Source of the DNA: Candidatus Terrybacteria bacterium
GTDB taxonomy: Bacteria; Patescibacteriota; Minisyncoccia; UBA9983
Direction of reading: 5' to 3'
DNA: 39,071 nucleotides
Assembly (NCBI GenBank): GCA_016208535.1
Contig: JACQXW010000006.1
Location: 1 to 39,071 of the forward strand
Shown: positions 8,634-18,493 of the stretch, piece by piece
Layout: every line of letters starts with the position of its first letter
How positions within the stretch are numbered: the first letter of the stretch is position 1
Program-made: the position numbers and the translations under genes
The notes under the pieces: generated by a model
Told to the model about the DNA's origin: nothing
The model's database searches: none
What the model saw: the letters and a program-made list of their open reading frames with translations, nothing else

Positions 8634-8747
8634 ATGGATAAAATCATTTTAAACTGCGCCTGCGATTGCGGAACTTGCGATGAATGCGAGACAGAAAAAA
8701 AAGAGGAGGGGAGTGAGGATGATGGAAAAGGAGAAGAAGGGGAATAA
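8634..8747 (+). CDS. Cys-rich acidic microprotein (37 aa)
   Basis: Manual translation MDKIILNCACDCGTCDECETEKKEEGSEDDGKGEEGE; fills the gap between mgtC-like gene and tRNA-Gly. Confidence 0.65.
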   Translation: MDKIILNCACDCGTCDECETEKKEEGSEDDGKGEEGE

Positions 8748-8759
8748 AAATGGCAGAGT

Positions 8760-8830
8760 GCGGACGTAGTTTAGTGGCAGAATAATTGCCTTCCAAGCAG
8801 TGGGTGCGGGTTCGATTCCCGCCGTCCGCA
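8760..8830 (+). tRNA. tRNA-Gly (UCC)
   Basis: GCGGACG/CGTCCGC acceptor, ATTGC-CT TCC AA-GCAGT, GGTTCGATTCC. Confidence 0.95.
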
Positions 8831-8866
8831 ATTGAAAATCCGCCGATGAGGCGGATTTTCAATTTT
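8830..8866. terminator. Bidirectional intrinsic terminator between tRNA-Gly and hup
   Basis: AATTGAAAATCCGCC-gatga-GGCGGATTTTCAATT followed by T run. Confidence 0.85.
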
Positions 8867-8902
8867 TCTGGACCAGAAAAAAATTTACTGCTTGCAAAGA
8901 GT

Positions 8903-9175
8903 TTATCGAACTGCCTCTTTCAAGGCCTTGGCCGCTCTGAATTTCGGCACTTTTGTTGCAGGAACATTTACTGTGGCGCCTGTTTTTGGATTGCGCGCCT
9001 GCCGGGCCTTTCGCTGTTTAACCGCAAAAATACCAAGTCCGGCAATTGAAACATCCTCTCCTTTCTTAAGTGTTTTAATAATGCTGTCAATCACAGTATC
9101 AACCGCCTTTTCAGCATCCACCTTTGTGCCGCCCAAAACCTCCTGAACGGCATCAACAATTCCAGCTTTATTCAT
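8903..9175 (-). CDS. hup: DNA-binding protein HU
   Basis: MNKA, GLGIF, ARNPKTG, PKFRAAKALKEAV. Confidence 0.96.
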   Translation of the reverse strand: MNKAGIVDAVQEVLGGTKVDAEKAVDTVIDSIIKTLKKGEDVSIAGLGIFAVKQRKARQARNPKTGATVNVPATKVPKFRAAKALKEAVR

Positions 9176-9290
9176 AGTAATATAATACTAATCTACAATT
9201 TATAAATTTCGACCTATTTCTTAGACTTAAATAATTATATAATAAGCCATTTTTAAAGCAATAAGTTATCAACATCCTTATTTTATCTAA

Positions 9291-10820
9291 TTATCTGGCA
9301 TATTCCACTATTCGGTTTTCCCGAATCACATGCACCTTTATTTCTCCGGGATATTTCAATTCCTGTTCAATGCGGTCGGCAATATCCCGGGCCATTTTTT
9401 GGGCCTCCAAATCGGAAATTTTTTCAGGAGTGACAAAAATCCTGATCTCCCGGCCAGCCTGAATGGCAAAGGATTTTTCCACTCCCTCAAAAGAATTGGC
9501 GATGTTTTCCAAATCCTCAAGCCTTTTAAGATAATTTTCCAAGGTATCCCGTCTGGCTCCTGGCCTGGCTCCGGAAATGGCGTCAGCAGCCTGAACAATG
9601 ACTGATTCCACGGTTTCAAAAGGATATTCCTCATGATGAGCCTGCATGGCCTGGAGAATTTTTTCATCAGTATTAAATTTCTGCAAAATTCTTTTCCCGA
9701 TTTCCACATGGCTTCCTTGAATCTCATGGTCCATGGCCTTGCCGATGTCGTGAAGCAGGCTGGCTTTTTTTGCCACAGAAACATCTGCCCCTAGTTCAGC
9801 GGCCAACATACCCGCAAGATGAGCCACCTCAATGGAATGCTGAAGAACATTTTGGCCGTAGCTGGTTCTGAAATAGAGCCTGCCGAGAACAGAGAGCAAC
9901 CGGGGGTCAAGATCAATAACTCCTGTTTCATAGGCTGCGGCCTCGCCTTTTTGTTTGATTAATTTTTCAACCTCAATCTTTGCCTTTTCCACCATCTCCT
10001 CGATTCTGGCGGGCTGAATCCTGCCGTCAAGAATAAGATTTTCCAAGGCAATCTTGGCAATATGCCGGCGCACCGGATCAAAACTGGAAACCACAATCGA
10101 GCCGGGAGTATCATCAACAATTATTTCCACACCTGCAGCCCGTTCCAATGCTCTGATATTTCTTCCCTCTTTCCCGATAATCTTTCCCTTTATATCATCA
10201 GAGGGAATGGAAACAGTGGTGGTGGTGATTTCTGAGGAAGTGGGGGAGGCCAGGCGCTGGATGGCAGTGACAAGAATCTCCCGGGCCCTTTTTTCAAATT
10301 CCTCCCGGCCGGTCATCTCCAGTTTTTGAATGCGGCTGAGAAGGTCGTCCTCATGCCTTTTTTCAATTATCTTTAAGAGCTCGTTTTTTGCCTCCTCTTC
10401 TGTAAGGCCGGCAAGTTTTTCCAATTCATTCTTTTTCCGCTCCTCCATGGCCTCAATTTCCTCTTTTTTCTTTTTTAATCTCTCAATTTTTTCCTGAAAA
10501 TCATGTTTCTCTTTTTCCAATTCTGTTCTCTGTTTTTCCAGATTCTCCTCTTTTTGCAAAGACCTTTCCTCAAGTTTGCGCGCCTGCAAGACAGCGGTTT
10601 TTTCTTCCTGCTTGGCGTCCTCAAGAATTTTTTCCGCCTTTTTGGCAGCCTCCTCTATTGCCTTTTGGGTCTTGTCTTTGGCATCCAAAAGAAGCTGTTT
10701 GATTTTTAATTCAGCAGAGCTTTTTTGCCGAAGGGTGATGAGCTGATGAAGAAAATAGCCGATGACTATTCCTCCCAAGCCGGAAAACCCGGCCAAAAGC
10801 ACAATTTTGGTTAGATTCAT
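9291..10820 (-). CDS. rny: Ribonuclease Y
   Basis: N-terminal TM, coiled coil, KH GKIIGKEGRNIR, HD LHDIGK, AIQAGREIR. Confidence 0.97.
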   Translation of the reverse strand: MNLTKIVLLAGFSGLGGIVIGYFLHQLITLRQKSSAELKIKQLLLDAKDKTQKAIEEAAKKAEKILEDAKQEEKTAVLQARKLEERSLQKEENLEKQRTELEKEKHDFQEKIERLKKKKEEIEAMEERKKNELEKLAGLTEEEAKNELLKIIEKRHEDDLLSRIQKLEMTGREEFEKRAREILVTAIQRLASPTSSEITTTTVSIPSDDIKGKIIGKEGRNIRALERAAGVEIIVDDTPGSIVVSSFDPVRRHIAKIALENLILDGRIQPARIEEMVEKAKIEVEKLIKQKGEAAAYETGVIDLDPRLLSVLGRLYFRTSYGQNVLQHSIEVAHLAGMLAAELGADVSVAKKASLLHDIGKAMDHEIQGSHVEIGKRILQKFNTDEKILQAMQAHHEEYPFETVESVIVQAADAISGARPGARRDTLENYLKRLEDLENIANSFEGVEKSFAIQAGREIRIFVTPEKISDLEAQKMARDIADRIEQELKYPGEIKVHVIRENRIVEYAR

Positions 10821-10935
10821 GATAGTGAAGCATGTTGTCCGTTATCCTCATATTTTTATTTGATTTCGAACGAATGCGAAATTAAATGATAAAGTTAATG
10901 ATTTTATAATAAACCATATGCTAAAATAAAGCAAT

Positions 10936-12516
10936 ATGAAATACAAACCCGTGGTTTTAATCATCCTTGATGGATTCGGGATTTCGCCGGACAAAATTGG
11001 CTCGCCGTGGGAGATTGTTGAGAGAAAAACTTTTCATGATATAGAAAAATTTTATCCCTTTACCGCCATCCAGGCCTCAGGCATTGCCGTGGGCCTGCCC
11101 TGGGGCGAGGCAGGGAACAGCGAGGTTGGACACCTCACCATTGGCGCCGGCAAAATCATTTATAATTATCTGCCAAAAATTTCCACTGCCATTACCGACG
11201 GCTCGTTTTTTAAGAATGATGCTTTTCTCAGGGCGATTGAACACGTAAAAAAAAATAATAGTTCCCTCCATCTTTCCGGACTTTTTTCCTCAGGCACGGT
11301 TCACGCCTATTTCGAGCATCTTTACGCCCTCTTGGATCTGGCCAAACAAAATGAAGTAAAAAATGTCTATCTCCATCTCTACACTGACGGCAAAGACGCC
11401 TACAAAAAAGAGGGGATGAAATTCTATAAAGATTTTGAGCAAAATCTCAAAAAAAATTATCCCAACGCAAAAATCGCCTCCATCATCGGCAGGAATTTCA
11501 GTATGGACAGAGATAATAATTGGAATAAAACAGCCAGAGCTTACAATCTTTTTGTAAATGGAGAGGGAGAGGAATTTGAATGTGTTTCCGATTATATTGC
11601 CAGCCAGTATAAAAAAGAAATTTTTGACCCAAATATCGAGCCCGCCTTCGCTAAAGCTACTGCGGGCAAGCCCGGTATTATTAAAGACAATGATGCTCTA
11701 ATTTTTTTCAATTTCCGCGAGGATAGCATGAGGCAATTAACCAGGGCTTTTGTCAGCAAAGATTTTTCCCATTTTCCACGCAAGAGCATCAATAATCTCT
11801 TGGTTGTCACCATGACTGAATATGACAAAAATATTCCCTGTTTAACCGCCTTTAAATCAGCAGAAGTAGAAGAACCCTTAGCCAGAATTATTGCGGAAAA
11901 CGGCCTTAAACAGCTTCATATTGCTGAATCAGAAAAATACGCCCATGTCACTTATTTTTTGAATGGCGGCAGAGAAACTTCGTTTGAAGGTGAGGAAAGA
12001 ATCCTGGTGAAGTCCCCGGAAACTCCTTCCTATGCCTTAGTGCCGGAAATGTCTGCGGAAAAAGTGACTGAGGCTGTTTTGGACAATCTTGAAAAATACG
12101 ACTTCATTGTCGTTAATTTTGCCAATGCCGACATGGTGGGCCACACAGGGAAATTCGAGCCCACAGCCAAGGCCATTGAGACAATTGACAGATGTCTGGG
12201 AAAAATAATCCCTGCGGTTTTAAAGATAAACGGAGTGATGGTCATCACCGCTGACCATGGCAATGCCGAAGAAAAAATTTACAAAATCACGGGCGAGGAA
12301 AAATCAAAACACTCCATCAACCCTGTGCCCCTTTATCTCATTGCCACTGATTTTAAAAGAAAAAAGGAGGAAACAGAAAAGGAAATCATTGACGATTACA
12401 AAGACATCAAAGGAACCCTCTCTGACGTGGCTCCGACAATTTTGGAATTACTCGGCCTAAAAAAACCGGCCTCTATGACTGGTAAAAACCTGTTAGAAAA
12501 ATTACTTAGTTCTTAA
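10936..12516 (+). CDS. gpmI: 2,3-bisphosphoglycerate-independent phosphoglycerate mutase
   Basis: [39 protein letters not shown]. Confidence 0.96.
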   Translation: MKYKPVVLIILDGFGISPDKIGSPWEIVERKTFHDIEKFYPFTAIQASGIAVGLPWGEAGNSEVGHLTIGAGKIIYNYLPKISTAITDGSFFKNDAFLRAIEHVKKNNSSLHLSGLFSSGTVHAYFEHLYALLDLAKQNEVKNVYLHLYTDGKDAYKKEGMKFYKDFEQNLKKNYPNAKIASIIGRNFSMDRDNNWNKTARAYNLFVNGEGEEFECVSDYIASQYKKEIFDPNIEPAFAKATAGKPGIIKDNDALIFFNFREDSMRQLTRAFVSKDFSHFPRKSINNLLVVTMTEYDKNIPCLTAFKSAEVEEPLARIIAENGLKQLHIAESEKYAHVTYFLNGGRETSFEGEERILVKSPETPSYALVPEMSAEKVTEAVLDNLEKYDFIVVNFANADMVGHTGKFEPTAKAIETIDRCLGKIIPAVLKINGVMVITADHGNAEEKIYKITGEEKSKHSINPVPLYLIATDFKRKKEETEKEIIDDYKDIKGTLSDVAPTILELLGLKKPASMTGKNLLEKLLSS

Positions 12517-13080
12517 AACAACATCTATGATGCCGTATTTTTTTGCCTCGTCGGCATCCATAAAAAAGTCGCGGTCTGTGTCTTTGGAAATTTTTTCCAC
12601 TGACTGACCTGCGTGTTTGGCGAGAATCTGGTTTAATTTGTCTTTTATTTTGATGATATGCCTGGCCTGAATATCCACGTCAACTGCCTGGCCCTCTGCG
12701 CCTCCCATCACCTGATGAATCATCACCTCTGAATTGGGCAGGGCAAATCTTTTTCCCTTCTTGCCCGTGGCCAAAAGAATGGCTCCGCCAGAGGCAGCCA
12801 GACCAACGCAATACGTGGCCACATCCGCCTTGATGTGATTCATGGTGTCGTAAATGGCCAAGGTGGCGGTCACTGACCCCCCGGGCGAATTGATGTACAA
12901 ATGAATGTCTTTTTTGGGGTCCTGAAGTTCTAAAAATAAAAGCTGGGCAATGATGGTGTTGGCCAAGGCGTCTGTAATCGGGCCGGCCAAAAAAACAATC
13001 CTGTCCTTTAGGAGTCGGGAATAGATATCGTAGGCACGTTCCCCAAATTGGCTCTTTTCAATTACTGTTGGTATTAACAT
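12502..13080 (-). CDS. clpP: ATP-dependent Clp protease proteolytic subunit
   Basis: [27 protein letters not shown]. Confidence 0.97.
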   Translation of the reverse strand: MLIPTVIEKSQFGERAYDIYSRLLKDRIVFLAGPITDALANTIIAQLLFLELQDPKKDIHLYINSPGGSVTATLAIYDTMNHIKADVATYCVGLAASGGAILLATGKKGKRFALPNSEVMIHQVMGGAEGQAVDVDIQARHIIKIKDKLNQILAKHAGQSVEKISKDTDRDFFMDADEAKKYGIIDVVLRTK

Positions 13081-13892
13081 GATTCTAAAAATTGAAACAC
13101 TTTTTCGTTTCTAATTATGCCGTAAGTATAAATCCTCACCCTTTCTGGGTCAACTCCTTTATGTTGTGCCAATATTTTCTCAGCCTCTTTGTTTAATTCA
13201 TCTTGCGGCACCTCTATTTTTTCTCTTTCAGCAATTTCATTTAAGGCCAAACCGTATTTCACCCGCTTGAGAGCGTCTTTATCCCAGTCCCTTAAAAGTT
13301 CGTCTTCTGTTTTTTTAAGATGATTTAAATAATCCTCCCATTTTAGGCCGGATTGCTCTATGCTGAATTTAATCTCCTCCAGCATCTTGTTTTTTTCCGC
13401 CTCAATTAAAATTTTTGGAATTTCAACTCTCGCCGCATTTATTATTTTATCAAGGATTTCCAGCCGCCTCTGCTGTTGAACCTTTATATCTGCCGCATCT
13501 CCCGAGACAACAGTCTCTTTGGCAATCTTTTTATAATCCGGCAAATCAATTTCCGGAAGAACGGCTGTTTTAATTTTATATCCCAAGGGATTGCCTCTTG
13601 CCATCTTGGTAATTAAAATCTCCGGCTGGCCAATGGCCTTAATTTTATGAGTTTGAATAATTTTGGGATATTCCCCTTGGAGAGCAAAAATCGCCATCTT
13701 CTCCAGAATGACTGGCTCGCCGACTTTTTCTATTAAAATTTTTTCCGGCACACTGCCTGGCCGAAAGCCGTCTACTTTTATCTCCTGAGATAATTTTTTG
13801 ATAACCTGCTCTCTGTAAGATTCAAAATCGCCGGCTAAAATCTCTCCGGTAATTTCCACTTCAGAACCAGGCAATAATTTAATTTCTATCAT
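13074..13892 (-). CDS. tig: Trigger factor lacking the FKBP/PPIase domain
   Basis: GFRPG ribosome-binding motif, C-terminal domain, position upstream of clpP; only 272 aa. Confidence 0.9.
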   Translation of the reverse strand: MIEIKLLPGSEVEITGEILAGDFESYREQVIKKLSQEIKVDGFRPGSVPEKILIEKVGEPVILEKMAIFALQGEYPKIIQTHKIKAIGQPEILITKMARGNPLGYKIKTAVLPEIDLPDYKKIAKETVVSGDAADIKVQQQRRLEILDKIINAARVEIPKILIEAEKNKMLEEIKFSIEQSGLKWEDYLNHLKKTEDELLRDWDKDALKRVKYGLALNEIAEREKIEVPQDELNKEAEKILAQHKGVDPERVRIYTYGIIRNEKVFQFLESC

Positions 13893-14349
13893 AAGGCTTT
13901 ATGACCACCCGCCGGTCGGGATCCACGCCAACGCTTTCCGTAATAATATCGGGATATTCTGTGAGTACAGAATGAATGATTCTTCTTTCATAAGGATTCA
14001 TTGGCTCAAGCTCAATCTCCTTTTTAAGATAGCGTACCTTTTGAGCGTTCATTCGGGCCAAGTTTTTTAATTCCTCTGTTTTTTTTATCTGGTAATCATT
14101 AACATCCAAAAGAAACTGAATCTTCTCCAGATTATTTCTTTTAAACTCGCTCTCGGTGATTTTTTTGACCAAATGAGTTAAGGCAAGAAGATGCTGTCCA
14201 TTTTCTCCGATTAAAATCCCTGCCTCCTGGGTCCTGATGACAAACTGGAAACATTCGCTGCCCTCTCTCACATCAATTTCTCCTTTGACTGTCATTTTCT
14301 CCAGAACCGCCTCCACTGATGATTTGATTATTTTTATTTGCTGTTCCAT
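13879..14349 (-). CDS. jag: Jag/KhpB (KH + R3H) RNA-binding protein
   Basis: LIGENG, PMNPYERRIIH, SVGVDPDRRVVI; likely start MEQQ at 14349. Confidence 0.9.
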   Translation of the reverse strand: MEQQIKIIKSSVEAVLEKMTVKGEIDVREGSECFQFVIRTQEAGILIGENGQHLLALTHLVKKITESEFKRNNLEKIQFLLDVNDYQIKKTEELKNLARMNAQKVRYLKKEIELEPMNPYERRIIHSVLTEYPDIITESVGVDPDRRVVIKPYDRN

Positions 14350-15067
14350 AAATTTTCCCCGCCTTTTTCCTGACAATGGTTTCATGCACTATAGCAAAAA
14401 TATTCATGGTCGTCCAATAGAGACCGATGGCAGAGGAAAGCCGGGAAACGATAAAAAAAATAAAAACCGGCATAATGTATCTCATCTGGAGATTGAGGCT
14501 TCTGGCAAAATCGTTCTTAAAAGAGGCCTTGGCGATTGGCTCCTTTTTAACAGGCGGCAAGGCCAGCCTCATTTGAATGAATTGGGTGAGGCCGGTGAGA
14601 AAGGCAAGAACATAACTGTTTTTTGTCATATCAAAAAGGCCGAGAAATTTTAAATTAATATTTTCAGGCATGCTGATAAAAGAATACAAGTGACTGAAAT
14701 CAAAATTAAAACCAGCGGTAAAAATTTTATAAAGGGCGAAAAAAACGGGAATTTGGATTAAGAGAGTGAGAAAACCGGAAAAAGGGTTTATCCCGTGCCG
14801 GCGATAAAGCTCCATTGTTTTTTTTGCCTGCTCCTGACTGTTGCTCTTAAATTTTTCTTTAATGTTTTTGAGGTCAGGCTCTAATTGTTTTATTTTGATT
14901 TGAGTGACAGTAGCGCGATGGGTGAGAGGAAAGATGAGAAAACGGATGGCCAAAGTTAAAATGATGACGCTTAAACCCACATCATGAAAAGGCAAAACAT
15001 CTATCAGCCAAATCAAGCCGTTCAGAAACGGCTCGTAAAAAACGTTGTTAAAAATTAAGGATATCAT
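14273..15067 (-). CDS. yidC: Membrane protein insertase YidC/Oxa1
   Basis: LIFPL, YRRHGINP, LIQIP, GLYW. Confidence 0.95.
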   Translation of the reverse strand: MISLIFNNVFYEPFLNGLIWLIDVLPFHDVGLSVIILTLAIRFLIFPLTHRATVTQIKIKQLEPDLKNIKEKFKSNSQEQAKKTMELYRRHGINPFSGFLTLLIQIPVFFALYKIFTAGFNFDFSHLYSFISMPENINLKFLGLFDMTKNSYVLAFLTGLTQFIQMRLALPPVKKEPIAKASFKNDFARSLNLQMRYIMPVFIFFIVSRLSSAIGLYWTTMNIFAIVHETIVRKKAGKIYGTANKNNQIISGGGSGENDSQRRN

Positions 15068-15070
15068 ATC

Positions 15071-15475
15071 TTATAGTATTTTCGTCTTTTTTAATGATTC
15101 TTGCAATACCTTTCCCAATTCATGAAAGGTGAGTTTTTCACTGCCGGATTTAAAGAAAATTATCGCGCCAAGACCGGATTTGATTTTTGGAAGCAGTTTT
15201 TTAATAATATGTCTGGCTCTTTTTTTAAGTTTATTCCGAATAACCGATTTTTTTGAAACCTTTTGAGATGCCACAAAAGCAAACAAACTGATTGGTGTGG
15301 ACCCCGTTAGAGACAGGCTCTCTTTGAGAGCCGACGGATTTCGAAGAAATCCTGTCTCTAACGGGGTGGACAAAGAAGCAATCCTTAAAGAGAGATATTT
15401 AAAAGGAAAAGTTTTTCCTTTTTTAAAAATTTCTTCAAATAAAACCTTGTTAATTCTGTGTTTTTTAGGAAGCAT
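15071..15475 (-). CDS. rnpA: Ribonuclease P protein component with 23-aa insertion
   Basis: MLPKKHRI, SKKSVIRNKLKKR motif, position upstream of yidC; likely start 15475. Confidence 0.92.
   Translation of the reverse strand: MLPKKHRINKVLFEEIFKKGKTFPFKYLSLRIASLSTPLETGFLRNPSALKESLSLTGSTPISLFAFVASQKVSKKSVIRNKLKKRARHIIKKLLPKIKSGLGAIIFFKSGSEKLTFHELGKVLQESLKKTKIL
15302..15366. mobile_element. 65-bp MITE (CCCCGTTAGA...TCTAACGGGG) inside rnpA
   Basis: 16-bp perfect inverted ends CCCCGTTAGAGACAGG/CCTGTCTCTAACGGGG; TGGA duplicated on both sides (15298-15301, 15367-15370). Confidence 0.85.
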
Positions 15476-15568
15476 AAAGATTATCCTAATCATACAATAA
15501 AAAATTTCTTGGTCAATATTCACTTTCTATCCACAGATTATTAACATAAGTATAAAGGTTTTGTTAGT

Positions 15569-15601
15569 TTAGTAATTAGTAATTAGTAATTAGTAATTAG
15601 T
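15569..15601 (+). repeat. TTAGTAA heptamer tandem array upstream of dnaA
   Basis: Four perfect units plus a partial one, running into TATAAT at 15601-15606. Confidence 0.9.
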
Positions 15602-15612
15602 ATAATCAGGTT

Positions 15613-16977
15613 ATGGCACTGGATTATGAAAAAATGTGGCGAGATACTCTGACTGAAATAGAACTCAATGTTTCCAGAGCTAATTTTTCCACTTGGTTTA
15701 AAAATACCAGTATTTCCGGCATGGAAAACGGCAAAGTTCTTCTTAATGTTCCTAGTAATTTTGTAAAAGAATGGCTGACCAACAAATACCATAAGTTTAT
15801 TATCAAAGCTCTGCGCAATATTAATTCCACCATTAGAGATGTTGAATATTATATTATCTCTCCGTCCGCTTCCTTTGTTAAAGAAGAGGGAAAAATCAAA
15901 CCGCTCCAACCGGCTGTCGAGGAACAACTTGGTTTTAGCGAATTTTATATAGACAAAGAGGCTAATCTTAATCCAAGATACACTTTTGATTCCTTTATTG
16001 TCGGCTCGTTCAACGAAGTGGCTCATGCCGCTGCCTTGGCTATTACAAAAAATCCCGGCACGGCCTATAACCCGCTTTTTATCTACGGAGGAGCCGGTCT
16101 GGGAAAAACCCATTTACTCCAGGCGATTGGAAACAAAATCAAGGGAACAAATCACGGCAATAAAGTTTATTACCTAACCTCTGAAAAATTCGCCACTGAA
16201 TTTGTCAGCGCGATGCAGAACAAAGATATTAATTCTTTTAAAGAGAAGTACAGAAAATATAATCTTTTGATAGTTGACGATATTCAGTTTTTCGCCAACA
16301 AACTTAAAATTCAGGAAGAATTCTTCCATATTTTCAACACTCTCTATGAGAGAAACAATCAAATTGTCTTTTCCTCTGATAAGCCGCCCAAATATATTAC
16401 GGGCCTGGAGGAGAGACTGCGTTCGCGCTTTGAAGGAGGAATGATGGTGGATATCTCGCCGCCAGAATATGAGTCGCGCCTGGCAATTTTAAAAGCGAAG
16501 GTGCAGGCAAAAAACATTCCCATATCTGACGAATCTCTGGAATTAATCGCCTCAATTATTCAGGAAAATATCCGAGAATTGGAAGGCGCCCTAAATTCCG
16601 TCGTCTGCCAACAAAAAATAAAAGAGGGGGCGATGAGTCTTCAAGAGATTAAAGATATTCTCAAAAAAAATACCAAGCCTTTAAAAACCCTGACCATGAC
16701 CCAGGTTATAAAAACAATTGCGGAGTTTTACAATATTGAGGAAAAAAATTTATTCCAAAAAACAAGGAAAAAAGAGATTGTCAAACCAAGACAAATTGCC
16801 ATGTATTTACTGAGAGAAGATTTAAACACTTCCTATCCCTACATTGGTCAAAGATTCGGGCAAAGAGACCATACCACGGTCATCCATGCCTATAAAAAAA
16901 TAAATGAGATAATCAAAAAAGACGAGAGATTAAATCAAGAAATAATAAGTATTAGAAATATTCTTTATGAAAAATAA
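15613..16977 (+). CDS. dnaA: Chromosomal replication initiator DnaA
   Basis: LNPRYTFDSF, YGGAGLGKTHL, LIVDDIQF, RDHTTVIHA. Confidence 0.98.
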   Translation: MALDYEKMWRDTLTEIELNVSRANFSTWFKNTSISGMENGKVLLNVPSNFVKEWLTNKYHKFIIKALRNINSTIRDVEYYIISPSASFVKEEGKIKPLQPAVEEQLGFSEFYIDKEANLNPRYTFDSFIVGSFNEVAHAAALAITKNPGTAYNPLFIYGGAGLGKTHLLQAIGNKIKGTNHGNKVYYLTSEKFATEFVSAMQNKDINSFKEKYRKYNLLIVDDIQFFANKLKIQEEFFHIFNTLYERNNQIVFSSDKPPKYITGLEERLRSRFEGGMMVDISPPEYESRLAILKAKVQAKNIPISDESLELIASIIQENIRELEGALNSVVCQQKIKEGAMSLQEIKDILKKNTKPLKTLTMTQVIKTIAEFYNIEEKNLFQKTRKKEIVKPRQIAMYLLREDLNTSYPYIGQRFGQRDHTTVIHAYKKINEIIKKDERLNQEIISIRNILYEK

Positions 16978-17115
16978 CTAATTAATAAATAATCCATAAA
17001 TTATCCACATTACTAATTACTGATTACTAATTACTGATTACTTAAAATTAACTTATCAACATATTAACAGAGTAAATAATAAAAATAAAAAATTATTAAT
17101 TAATATATTATTATT
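16978..17115. promoter_or_regulatory. Probable oriC (dnaA-dnaN intergenic region)
   Basis: Perfect DnaA box TTATCCACA 17001-17009, TTATCAACA 17053-17061, very AT-rich stretch 17074-17115; another near-box CTATCCACA at 15527-15535. Confidence 0.8.
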
Positions 17116-18222
17116 ATGAAAGTAATTTGTTTAAAAAATCATCTTAAAGAGGCGATTAATTTATGTGAAAAAATTACCGGGAAAAATTTAAGTTTGCCGA
17201 TATTAAGTAATATTTTAATTTCCAATGAAAATAATAGAATTTTGAGATTTACAGCCACTAATTTGGAATTAGGGATTGAGGTGGAGATTCCGGCAAAAGT
17301 TGAAAAAAAGGGGAGAGTGGCGGTTCCCGGCGGAGTTATCAATAATTTTCTTGCGAATTTCCTTGTTGAAGAAAATATCACCTTTGAATCCCAAAATAAC
17401 AATCTTTTAATTTCATCGCTAAACAGCTCCACTTTAATAAAAGGTCAGTCTCCGGAAGATTTTCCCATTCTCCCTAAAATAAAGACCGATAACCAGGTTT
17501 TAATTCCTGTTGCTGATTTTGTATCCGGATTAAAGGCTGTTTGGTACGCCTCTTCTTTGTCAAATATCAAGCCCGAGATTGCCTCAATTTATCTTTTTTC
17601 AAGTAAAAACGAGCCATTAACCTTTGCGGCCACAGATTCCTTTAGATTGGCTGAGAAAAAAATCAATTATTCATTTCCCAATCTCGGCTCTCTTTTGATT
17701 CCTTTCAGAACAGCGGCGGAAATTTTAAGAATTTTTGAGGGGAGAGAAGGTAAAATCAAATTAATTTCTGATAAAAACCAGATAAGCCTTGAGTTGGATA
17801 ATATTAAATTTATTTTCCGGCCGACTGAGGGCGTTTTTCCCGATTATCAGCAGATTATCCCCAAAAAATTCGTCACCGATGCGATTGTTGATAAAAATAT
17901 TTTTATCAATTCCCTGAAGACAGCCGGGATTTTTTCCAGCAAACTAAATGAGTTGAATATAATTGTCGGGCCGGACAGCAATTCTGTCGCCATTAAAACA
18001 TCAAATGCGGATGTGGGAGAGCACACGGCGCAGATCCCGGCCAAGATAACCGGAGAGGAACTGAAGATGGGTTTTAATCATAAATATATTTTTGAATGCC
18101 TAGGGCACATATCGTCCCAAAAAATTCTTCTTCGCTTCAGCGGCCAGGGCAAACCCCTGCTCATCACCGGCGCCGACGATAATTCTTTTCAATACCTCGT
18201 CATGCCTATGAACACGATGTAA
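17116..18222 (+). CDS. dnaN: DNA polymerase III beta sliding clamp
   Basis: LPILSNIL, ATNLE, ATDSFRL, FPDY, YLVMPM; follows dnaA. Confidence 0.97.
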   Translation: MKVICLKNHLKEAINLCEKITGKNLSLPILSNILISNENNRILRFTATNLELGIEVEIPAKVEKKGRVAVPGGVINNFLANFLVEENITFESQNNNLLISSLNSSTLIKGQSPEDFPILPKIKTDNQVLIPVADFVSGLKAVWYASSLSNIKPEIASIYLFSSKNEPLTFAATDSFRLAEKKINYSFPNLGSLLIPFRTAAEILRIFEGREGKIKLISDKNQISLELDNIKFIFRPTEGVFPDYQQIIPKKFVTDAIVDKNIFINSLKTAGIFSSKLNELNIIVGPDSNSVAIKTSNADVGEHTAQIPAKITGEELKMGFNHKYIFECLGHISSQKILLRFSGQGKPLLITGADDNSFQYLVMPMNTM

Positions 18223-18223
18223 T

Positions 18224-18493
18224 ATGCCCTGGGAAAATATTGGGAAATTTTTAGAGAGGTTCAGTAGTTTTAAACCAACCAAGGGGTTTGTTCAGGATGA
18301 GGCGGCAATGGCTATTGAAAAAGTTTTGAACCTAAAAATTAGTCCTGACGACATTGAATGGCGGACCGGGGTGGTTTATATAAAAATCAAAAACTCTTCT
18401 CTCAAAAACGAAATTTTTCTCAATAAAGAAAAAATTTTAGAAATTCTTAAAGAAAGAGTCGGCACTAAGGCGCCAAAAGATTTGAGATTTTAA
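18224..18493 (+). CDS. DciA/DUF721-like small protein
   Basis: 89 aa directly after dnaN; LKNEIFL..EKIL..L...DLRF pattern. Confidence 0.65.
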   Translation: MPWENIGKFLERFSSFKPTKGFVQDEAAMAIEKVLNLKISPDDIEWRTGVVYIKIKNSSLKNEIFLNKEKILEILKERVGTKAPKDLRF

